Origin: Planctomycetota bacterium
Lineage (GTDB): Bacteria; Planctomycetota; B15-G4; SIAN01
Length of the DNA stretch: 64,000 bases
Assembly (NCBI GenBank): GCA_016795285.1
Contig: JAEUIC010000030.1
Span: forward strand, 47,112 to 111,111
Reading direction: 5' to 3'
Positions within the stretch are counted from its first letter, which is position 1, and the number at the start of each line of letters is the position of its first letter. A program made the translations under genes and the position numbers. Below the pieces are notes generated by a model. That model did no database searches. It was not told the origin of the DNA and was given only the letters and a program-made list of their open reading frames with translations. Shown here piece after piece: positions 8,701 to 15,493 of the stretch.

Positions 8701-11653
8701 TCCGTTCGTCGTGCCGCTCGATCCGCGCTCGAACGTGCTGGCCGACGCCGATCCGCGCCAGCTCTTCCAGGTCAGCACGGTGCTCGAGCGGTTCAACGAG
8801 GCGGGCGATGCGAGCCGCGTGACCGGCGCGTGCGGGATCGGGATCTACCGCGACGAGTGGCTCGGCACGGAGCTGTACGGCAACGCGTTCACTTGCGAGC
8901 CGGTGGCGAACGTCGTGCGGCGCACCGTGCTCGACACTCGCGGCAGCGCGGCGATCGGAAGGCGGGCGCCCGAGGAGGCGTCGCGCGAGTTCCTGGCCAG
9001 CCGCGATCCGTGGTTCCGGCCGGTGCAAGCGACCACCGGCCCCGACGGCGCGCTCTGGATCGTCGACATGTACCGCTTCGTGATCGAGCACCCGCGCTGG
9101 ATCCCCGCCGCGAAGCTCGCCGAGCTCGACGTGCGCGCCGGCGCGACGATGGGGCGGCTCTGGCGAGTGGTGAAGAAGGGGGCAGAGCGGCGCAACGTGG
9201 CGGACCTCGCGAACGCCGACGTCGCGCAACTGCGCGAACCGCTGGCGAGCCGCAACGGCGTGGTGCGCGACCTCGCGCATCGGGAGCTGCTGGCGCGGGT
9301 CGAGCCGCGCGCGCCGCGCTCGGTCGCCGAATCGGTCACCGAGTCGATCGCGAGCGGCGCGCCGAGCGGGGTCGAGGCGATCGCTGGCCGCATGCGCGCG
9401 ACCGCTCCGGCGGCGAAGGTGCAGGAGGCGTGGTGCTTCGCGCAGCTCGGCTGGCTCGAGGAAGGGGACGTGAGCGAGTTGCTGGCGTTGAACCAGCTGC
9501 CCGAGGTGCGCGCCGCCTGCATGCCGCTGGCGGAAGAGTGGTTGTCGAGGTTGACCGAGGAGTCGAGCGCTGCGAGCTGGCGCGGCGGTTCGCTGGCCCC
9601 GCCCCATCCGGTGACGGAGTGGAGCGTCTGGACGCCGGCGGACTGGAAGAGCCTCGAGAGCGATCGGGGTGGCGAAGGGGGCGGTCGCGCGCCGCGCCGC
9701 TCCTTCGAGCCGACCGGTCGCGAGCGGTTGCAGTCAGCGCTGGCGTTGAGCGAGTGCGCGACGACCTCCTCGGGGCGGCTGCTCGGCGAGCTGCTGGCGT
9801 TGCATGGCGACGATCCGTGGCTGCGCGCCGCGGTGGTGAGCGCTGCGCCGCGCCATGCCGGCGCGCTGCTCGAGGCGCTGCTCGATGCGCGACTCGCGGG
9901 GGCGACGCGCAGCCTGGCGCAACAGGAGGCGCTCGAAGCGGTGGTGACGACCGTCGGCGCGCTGCCGGCCGAGGCGCAGGCGGTGAAGCGCGCGGCGCTG
10001 GTTCCACTGCTCGGGGAAGGCGACGCGGCGAGTCGCGAGCCGTGGCGCTGGCGGGCGCTCGCGCGGTTGCTTGGCCCGGTTAGCGGCGGCAGCGGCGGCA
10101 GCGGCGGCAGCGGCGAGCCGAGCGGCGGCGGGGCGGACTTGCCGGCGTCGCTCGCGGCGCAGCTCGAGCGCCATCGGAGTGCCGCTCGCGAGGCGCTGCA
10201 GCGCGCGGACGTCGGGGGCGGCGCGGAGGAGGCCGACGCGGAGGAGTCCGACGCGGAGGAGTCCGACGCGGCGCCGGTCGCGGCGCTCGAGCTCTTATGC
10301 AGCGAGGCCACGCTGTCCAATTCGGCGGCGCTGCCGCTCGCCGAGCTCGCCGCGTTCGTCGAGCCGCGCCACTCGGCGCCGCTCGCCGGGGCGGCGCTCT
10401 CCGCGCTGGCGCGACGGGGTGATCGCGGCACGGCGGCCGAGCTGCTGCCGCGGTTGCCGCGCCTGCTGCCGGAGCGGCTCGGTGCCGCGCTGGCGCTGCT
10501 GCTGTCGCGCCCCGAATGGCGCCACGAGCTGCTCGCGGCGCTCGAGGCGGGGACGCTGTCGCGCGCGCTGCTCGATGCGGCGGCGCGCGAGCGGCTCTTG
10601 GCCGACGACGATGCGGCGCTGCGCGAGCGGGCGGCGAAGTTGCTGGCGCGCGGCGGCACCCCGAAGCGCGCGCAGGTGATCGCGCAGTTCCAGCCGGCGC
10701 TGTCGCTGGCGGGCGACCACGCGCACGGCAAGGCGCTCTTCGCGAAGCTCTGCGCGAGCTGCCATGCGTTCCGCGGCGTCGGCCACGAGGTGGGGCCCGA
10801 CCTCGCGGCGCTCGGCGATCGCAGCGCGCCGCGGCTGCTCGAGTCGCTGCTCGACCCGAACGGGGCGGTGAACGGCGAGTTCGTCAACTACCGCGTGGTG
10901 CTGAAGGACGGCAGCGATCTGTCGGGGCTGATCCGCGGCGAGTCGAGCGGCGGCTTCACGCTGGTGCAGGCGAACGACCAACGGCGCACGCTGCGTCGCG
11001 CCGAGGTCGCCGAGGTGAAGGCGTCGAAGCTGTCGCTGATGCCGGAAGGGCTCGAGGAGGGGCTTTCGGCGCAGGATCTCGCTGACTTGATCGCGTGGCT
11101 GCAGAGCGGGCCGCTGCGTCTCGGTGCGTTGTCGGCCGAATCGATCGCGGCGGCGCGCGCGGAGCTGGCGGCGGCGCCGCTGAACGGCTACGCGCAACTG
11201 CTCGAGCGGTTCGACGACTTCGCGCAGCCGAGCTGGCTCGGCGTGGTGCCGATGCGCTACTGCCGGCAGCAGGACGGCACGCAGCGGGTGCGCTGGCGCA
11301 GCGGGCCCGCGGAAGCGGTGGCGGGCGACCCGGCGCGCGTGCAGCTGCGCTTCGCCGTCGCGATGGGGCTCGTGTCGCAGCCGACGGCGGGCTTCGCGCT
11401 CGCGATCGACGGCGTCGAGCGGCTCCTCTTCGATGCGGTGGTGACCGATGCGAGCTGGAGCGCGGCGGCCGAGGCGGGCGAGCTGCCGATCGAACTCGCC
11501 TTCGAGTGCCGCGCCGCCCACTCCGAGGACGCGACCGGCGTCATGACCCTGACGCTCCCCGCCGAGCGCTTCCCCGCCGGCTCCACCGTCGAACTGACCG
11601 TCACCGGCCGCGCGGCCCCAAGCCTGCGCTGGTTCGGCCTCCTCGTCCCCTAG
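5705..11653 (+). CDS. Multidomain secreted/membrane protein. Domain order is LamG-like jellyroll, neutral/alkaline-ceramidase-like, TIGR02604-type membrane-bound dehydrogenase beta-propeller, HEAT repeats, then a C-terminal TIGR02603-type cytochrome c (CxxCH).
   Basis: An N-terminal hydrophobic stretch 'MVPIDAGVVPLLVALFTAM' means the true start may be about 5735. The ceramidase motif is 'SVTHTHAAP' with flanking conservation. The dehydrogenase domain reads 'VAIDFAADGTVYVCEMNDYP'. HEAT-like repeats follow. The heme site is 'CASCHAFRGVGHEVGPDLAAL'. Low-complexity GGS and EESDA linkers occur near 10081-10270. The stop TAG at 11651-11653 is contributed by the adjacent repeat element. Confidence 0.8.
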   Translation: MAARGRVETAMVPIDAGVVPLLVALFTAMQGAPPPIAPSRGAPPAGAIGAAGAAPTSAMLDALTFAATFDRGLDAEVARGDGRLHHGPSWGPPRHGEPGLVPSGAVTRERRGALRGQALRFQRRTDELLFFHGAGNTPWRARDWSGTLSFWLCAEPQGELPDGFCDPVTVTSKDWNDAGLFCEFEKREMFRHFRMGAYADLAVWNATSKPWGELSFEEKSLAQVEAEDHFGGRWTHVAMAFERFNSGAADGVARLYLDGQLAATLSPRLQTWTWEEAAQRIVLGLNYVGWLDELAWFDRALTEGEIAALHALPGGLADLWRPRVAVGAAKVDVTPRFPIRLCGYASREKEATSAVQPLFARALAVGEGDDLALLLALDNTAVPQRMTDEVAVRLAERFGLQPERFTLSVTHTHAAPVLDGGIDCMFGRPIPADQWQRIEQYSRELVDRLEEAGAAAIAARAPALLSWSEGQVDFARNRRTAGGPVDRALPLLAVFREDGTLAATVQNYACHCTACDGSVNQHCGDWAGYASEGIEAAHGGAVALTVIGCGADANPADGPSGDLRVAQRHGASVAAEVARLLRGPLVPLLTDRARDGGAPQIALERLELPYAPFPTREQWAARVKAGGAVGFHAAQWLARLDRGEALPAALPYSVQAWQWGDDLVQLFLPGEVVVDYALRLKRELDRARLWVTAYSNDVPCYIPSERILREGGYEAGGAMTYYGRPGPLAAGVEQRIVDAVHRLVPPAFAAPPDDPRFPTAKSAAESREQFELSRDDLAVELVACEPQVQSPVAIDFAADGTVYVCEMNDYPTGLDGNYQPGGRVTWLRDRDGDGRFEQSGVFVDGLPFPTGVMSWRRGALICAAPDILYAEDRDGDGRADVKQVLFTGFSTENYQARVNSLTWGLDGWIYGSCGLFGGVITGFAHDALGRASGAAPQALPPVDCRGRDFRLDPARGVIEAIEGTSQQGRVRDDFGRWFGCDSGWLVFEFPLADRVLRRNPFVVPLDPRSNVLADADPRQLFQVSTVLERFNEAGDASRVTGACGIGIYRDEWLGTELYGNAFTCEPVANVVRRTVLDTRGSAAIGRRAPEEASREFLASRDPWFRPVQATTGPDGALWIVDMYRFVIEHPRWIPAAKLAELDVRAGATMGRLWRVVKKGAERRNVADLANADVAQLREPLASRNGVVRDLAHRELLARVEPRAPRSVAESVTESIASGAPSGVEAIAGRMRATAPAAKVQEAWCFAQLGWLEEGDVSELLALNQLPEVRAACMPLAEEWLSRLTEESSAASWRGGSLAPPHPVTEWSVWTPADWKSLESDRGGEGGGRAPRRSFEPTGRERLQSALALSECATTSSGRLLGELLALHGDDPWLRAAVVSAAPRHAGALLEALLDARLAGATRSLAQQEALEAVVTTVGALPAEAQAVKRAALVPLLGEGDAASREPWRWRALARLLGPVSGGSGGSGGSGEPSGGGADLPASLAAQLERHRSAAREALQRADVGGGAEEADAEESDAEESDAAPVAALELLCSEATLSNSAALPLAELAAFVEPRHSAPLAGAALSALARRGDRGTAAELLPRLPRLLPERLGAALALLLSRPEWRHELLAALEAGTLSRALLDAAARERLLADDDAALRERAAKLLARGGTPKRAQVIAQFQPALSLAGDHAHGKALFAKLCASCHAFRGVGHEVGPDLAALGDRSAPRLLESLLDPNGAVNGEFVNYRVVLKDGSDLSGLIRGESSGGFTLVQANDQRRTLRRAEVAEVKASKLSLMPEGLEEGLSAQDLADLIAWLQSGPLRLGALSAESIAAARAELAAAPLNGYAQLLERFDDFAQPSWLGVVPMRYCRQQDGTQRVRWRSGPAEAVAGDPARVQLRFAVAMGLVSQPTAGFALAIDGVERLLFDAVVTDASWSAAAEAGELPIELAFECRAAHSEDATGVMTLTLPAERFPAGSTVELTVTGRAAPSLRWFGLLVP

Positions 11654-11787
11654 GTGGCGGGGAGAAAACGGCGGTCAGATCCGCACCTCGGAGGGTGCGA
11701 CGGCGGCGAATGCGGTTGCGGGCTTAGGGGCGTGGCGTGGTGACGTCGGTGAAGTGCGGATTCGACCGCCGTTTTCCCCCCGCCACC
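11653..11787. repeat. REP/MITE-like element, locus 1. Two inverted 34-nt units (11653-11686 and 11754-11787) flank a 67-nt spacer and form a long potential hairpin.
   Basis: GGTGGCGGGGAGAAAACGGCGGTCAGATCCGCAC ... GTGCGGATTCGACCGCCGTTTTCCCCCCGCCACC. The same unit recurs at 50794-50910 and 63239-63307. Confidence 0.85.
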
Positions 11788-11884
11788 TTGGCGGAAGCGG
11801 CACTACCGGCGCGAGCCGGATAACAGGTCTTCGGCTCGTGGCTCTGGCGAGGGGCTGCCGCAAGGGCGGCGCGAGGAGCCGAGC

Positions 11885-12886
11885 ATGGAGCGGACGAGGG
11901 CGGAACGGTCGAGCGGCGCCGGCGGCGGAGTCGTGCGCGAGCGCTGTCGCTGGTCGAGGGCGGGCGCGCTGCTCGGGCTGTTGGCGGCGGTGGTCGCCGG
12001 CGGCTGCACGAAGGCGCGCGCGCTCAGCCCCGACGAGCAGCAGGCGCAGGTGGCGCCGGCCAAGCCGGGGACGGCGGCGACCGTCTACACCGTGAAGGTG
12101 CCGGGCGTCGGCTGAAGCGGCGGCCCCAAGGTCCGTGCGGCCTTGCTGAAGCTGAAGGGGATCGCCGAGTTCGCGTTCGACTGCAAGACGGCGACGCTGA
12201 CGATGGAGGCGGGCGCCACGCTGCGCGAGAGCGACGTGCTCGAGGCGCTGAAGAAGGACGGCTTCACCGGCGAGTCGTTCTCCGCGAGCGCGCCGCCGCC
12301 GATCGCCATCGTCGAAGCGAGCGTCGAGTTGCTCGCTCGCGGGGCGCGTTTCGATGCCGCGACCTGCCGCACCGTCGCCGAGCAGCTCGCCGCCGCGCTG
12401 CCGATGACGAGCGACTGGCAGGTCGGTGCCGATGGCCGCGCGCGCGGCCGCTTCACCGCGACGCCGCCCGCGCCCGCGGCGCTCGAAGCGCTGTTGCTCG
12501 ACGCGCTGGCGAAGCCGCGCAGCGCGCCGCCCGCGGCCGACGGTGCGACTGGTGGTGCGACTGGTACTGCGCCCGCTGCGGCGCCAGCTCCTGCCCCTGC
12601 CGCCGCCCCGCTCGAGTGGCGCCTCGTCCGTTCGAGCGCGCAGCTGCTCGAGTGGCCCGCGAGCGTCGCTCGCGCGAACGTGACGCTGGCGGCGCCGCTC
12701 GCGCCGTCGAGCTGGCCGGCGCTGCGCACCGCGCTCGCGTCGCTCGAGCAGATCGTCGCGTGGTCGCCGGGCGGCGACGGTGCGACGCTCGTGGTCTGGA
12801 CCAAGGAGCCGTGCGCCAACCTCGCGACGCGACTCGCCGGCGCACTCGCGCCGCTCGCGATCACGGTGGCGCGCGTCGATTCTTGA
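11885..12886 (+). CDS. HMA (heavy-metal-associated) domain lipoprotein, with an in-frame TGA at 12113-12115 at the first metal-binding Cys position. Either a selenoprotein candidate or a disrupted gene.
   Basis: The signal and lipobox read 'LLGLLAAVVAGGC'. A ferredoxin-like HMA fold reads straight through the TGA as 'TVYTVKVPGVG[TGA]SGGPKVRAALLKLKGIAEFAFDCKTATLTMEAG..SDVLEALKKDGF'. ORFs 11885..12115 and 12143..12886 are in the same frame. The true start may be GTG/ATG within 11885-11960. Confidence 0.5.
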
Positions 12887-12926
12887 AGCTCTCGAATCGC
12901 CCCGCCGAGGGCACACGGAGGGATCC

Positions 12927-13778
12927 ATGCTCGCGACACCATTCGCCACGATCCGTCGACTTGCCGCCTGCGCGGCGACCGGCGGCGCCCTGCTCGCGCT
13001 CTGCCACCCGCTCCCCGCCGCCGAGCCCGGCCACGCCGCGCTCGCCTGCCCCGCTCCCGCTGCCCTCGCCGCGCCCCCCGCATCGCTCGGCGCGCCGCTG
13101 ATCTGCTTCCCGCTCGAGGTCGCCGACGAGGCGCTGCTGCCGTTCGAGCCGGGGAGCGAGACGCGGCCCACCGTCGCGCCCGCCGAGCTGCCGGCCGCGC
13201 TCGCGACGCTCTTCGCCGCCCACGCCGATCCGCTGCTCCACATGGAGGCGCTGCGGCGCACCGTGATGACGCTCACCCACGATCCGGTCGCGCAGCCGTC
13301 GAGCCGCGCCGCCGCGCAGCCGACCCACTTCGCGCGCCTCCTCGCGGCGCTCGAAGCGGCCGTCGTCGCTGCCGAGCTGCTCCCCGCCGACGATCCCGCC
13401 GCGCCCGCGCGCCGCGCGCTCGCTTGGTTCGACCTCGGCTATGCGCGCGAGACGGGCGCCACGATGGGGCTCACCCGCGAGCGCGGCGGCGGCTGTCTCG
13501 CGAAGGCGTGCCGCCTGCAGCCCGACGCGCCGCTCCTGCGCTTCGGCACCGCGCTGGTCGCCTTCCAGGAGGAGCGCATCGAGCGGGCGGTCGACGGCAC
13601 CGGCGCTCCTATCAGCGCGGGCGACTGGCGCGACCACCTGCGCCATGCGATGGTCGGCACGCCGTCACCGCTGCTCACCCGCAACCTGCTCTCGACCTTC
13701 GGAGCTTTCTTGGATCACCGCACCTTCGAGGCCCTCCGTGCTGCTGTCGCCGGTGGCGCTGACTCCCGCGATCGCTGA
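12927..13778 (+). CDS. Hypothetical secreted protein
   Basis: The ATG at 12927 is followed by the signal-like 'MLATPFATIRRLAACAATGGALLAL'. Its 3' end overlaps the start of the ECF sigma gene. No domain was recognised. Confidence 0.5.
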   Translation: MLATPFATIRRLAACAATGGALLALCHPLPAAEPGHAALACPAPAALAAPPASLGAPLICFPLEVADEALLPFEPGSETRPTVAPAELPAALATLFAAHADPLLHMEALRRTVMTLTHDPVAQPSSRAAAQPTHFARLLAALEAAVVAAELLPADDPAAPARRALAWFDLGYARETGATMGLTRERGGGCLAKACRLQPDAPLLRFGTALVAFQEERIERAVDGTGAPISAGDWRDHLRHAMVGTPSPLLTRNLLSTFGAFLDHRTFEALRAAVAGGADSRDR

Positions 13779-14301
13779 CGACGGCGCGGTCGCCGGCCTG
13801 GCGCGCGCCGCCAGCGCCGGCGATCGCGGCGCGTTCGCGCAACTGCACGCTCGCTTCGCGCGAGCGGTGCGGGCGCTGCTGCTCGCCCATGCGCCGTTGC
13901 GCGAGGTCGACGACCTCCTGCAGGAGACCTTCCTGCAGGCGTGGCGCGCGCGCGCCGCGTTGCGCGAGCCGGACCGCTTCGGCGCGTGGCTCTTCGCGAT
14001 CGGCCGCTCGCTGGCCGGTCGCGCGCGCCGCCGCGCGCCGCGCGAGGAGCTGCCCGAGTCGCTGCCCGCGCCGGGCGCCGAGCGCCACGCGCAGCTCGCG
14101 GCCGAAGGGGCCGAGGCGCTCGCCGCGCTGCGCGAGCTGCCGGAGGCGTACCGCGAGACGCTCGCGATGCGGTTGATCGAGGGGCTGTCGGGGCCGGAGA
14201 TCGCGGCGGCGACCGGCCTCACGCACGGTTCGGTGCGCGTCAATCTCCACCGCGGCATGGAGCTGTTGCGCGAACGACTGCACGCGGGAGTGAAGCGATG
14301 A
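13753..14301 (+). CDS. ECF-type RNA polymerase sigma factor
   Basis: Region 2 reads 'LLQETFLQAWRA'. Region 4 reads 'LSGPEIAAATGLTHGSVRVNLHRGMELLRERL'. The GTG start at 13753 is inferred. The stop overlaps the anti-sigma start as ATGA. Confidence 0.8.
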   Translation: MALTPAIADDGAVAGLARAASAGDRGAFAQLHARFARAVRALLLAHAPLREVDDLLQETFLQAWRARAALREPDRFGAWLFAIGRSLAGRARRRAPREELPESLPAPGAERHAQLAAEGAEALAALRELPEAYRETLAMRLIEGLSGPEIAAATGLTHGSVRVNLHRGMELLRERLHAGVKR

Positions 14302-15455
14302 ACGACCCGCACGACGATCCGCTCTTCGATCCCGCGCTGCCGGCCGACGCCGAGCTCGGCGCGCTCGAGCGCCGCTTCGCGCCGCTGCGCGAGCGACCGT
14401 TGCCACCGTTGCCGCCGCTCACCGACGCGGCGCCCGAAGGGGTCGCGCCGCGGCTGCGCTTGCTGCGGGGCGGGCGAGCGGCGGCGGCGGCCGTGCTGCT
14501 GCTCGCGGCCGCCGCAGGAGCGTGGCGCCTCTCGATCGGCGCGGGCGGCGCTGCGGGTGGCGGCGCAAGCGGCGGCGACGCGAGCGGCGGCGCGAGCGAG
14601 CGCGAGCCGCGGGCGCCGGTGGCGAGCGCGGTCGAGGGCGCGGCGCTCGACGTTTCGCTGGCGCGGCGCGACGGCGCGGTGCGCGTCGAGCCGGCCGCGG
14701 GCGGCGCGGCGCGCGACGGCACCGACCCCGATGCGCTGCAGCTCGGCGACCGGATCGTCTGCGAGCCGGGCGGCGGCGCGCGCGTGCGCGTCGGCGCCAT
14801 CGGCTGGCTCGAACTCGCCGAGCGGACCGAGCTGCGCGTCGCGGCCGGCCATGGCGATCGCACCCGCGAAGGGGGGTGGCATCTCGAGCTCGAGCGCGGC
14901 ACGGTCGACGCGACGATCTTCGCGGCGCCGCGCGTCTTCGCGCTCGGCACGCCGGCCGGCATCGCGGTCGACCTCGGCTGCATCTACCGGACCACGGTCG
15001 ACGGCGAGGGACGCGTCTTCCTGTCGGTCGTCGCGGGCAGCGTCTCGTTCGAGAGCGGCGGACGCAAAGTGCACGTGCCAGCGGGTGCCGGCTGCCGCGC
15101 GTGGCCGATGGTCGGTCCCGGCGTTCCGTCGTGGGACGACGACGCGCCGGAGCTGAAGGAGCTGCTGCGGCTCTACGACGAGTCGCGCCTCTGCGGCGAT
15201 GGCGTCACCGCGGAAGAGCGGATCGAGCAGCTGCTCGCGCTGCTCGGGCCGAAGCCGGCGCCGCGCGCCTCGCTGTCGTTGTGGCACCTGCTCGCCGGGC
15301 TCGCGCCCGACGCGCCGCCGGCGTTGCGCACGCAGCTGGCCGATCGGCTCGCCGCGCTGGTGCCACCGCCCGAGAAGGCACCGCTCGAGCGCTGCCGCAG
15401 CGGCGATGCCGAGGCGCTCGCCGAGTGGCGCGAGGCGCTCGAACTCCACTGGTGA
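14298..15455 (+). CDS. Anti-sigma factor, FecR-domain, single TM
   Basis: The ATG at 14298 overlaps the sigma stop. The TM helix reads 'AAAAVLLLAAAAGAW'. The FecR-like beta domain reads 'GDRIVCEPGGGARVRVGAIGWLELAERTELRV...GTVDATI'. Confidence 0.75.
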   Translation: MNDPHDDPLFDPALPADAELGALERRFAPLRERPLPPLPPLTDAAPEGVAPRLRLLRGGRAAAAAVLLLAAAAGAWRLSIGAGGAAGGGASGGDASGGASEREPRAPVASAVEGAALDVSLARRDGAVRVEPAAGGAARDGTDPDALQLGDRIVCEPGGGARVRVGAIGWLELAERTELRVAAGHGDRTREGGWHLELERGTVDATIFAAPRVFALGTPAGIAVDLGCIYRTTVDGEGRVFLSVVAGSVSFESGGRKVHVPAGAGCRAWPMVGPGVPSWDDDAPELKELLRLYDESRLCGDGVTAEERIEQLLALLGPKPAPRASLSLWHLLAGLAPDAPPALRTQLADRLAALVPPPEKAPLERCRSGDAEALAEWREALELHW

Positions 15456-15493
15456 GCGGTGCGACTGGTGAGCGGCGCTGCTGGTGAGCGGCG

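Noticed and set aside
6725-9607. 960-aa minus-strand ORF and many other 100-700-aa Arg/Ala/Pro-rich ORFs (for example 388..2553, 8053..10083, 8845..10887, 49076..50677, 37218..40937)
   Set aside because: They have low-complexity composition typical of alternative frames in GC-rich DNA. They overlap strongly supported genes and lack domain motifs.
10081-10270. (GGS)n and (EESDA)n nucleotide tandem repeats
   Set aside because: These are coding low-complexity linker regions inside the 1982-aa protein. They are not independent elements.
12119-12160. Putative bacterial SECIS stem-loop after the TGA at 12113
   Set aside because: A stem can be drawn, but its spacing (3 nt after UGA) and loop do not match the canonical about-11-nt spacing. 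It is kept only as a caveat inside the selenoprotein finding, not as a feature.
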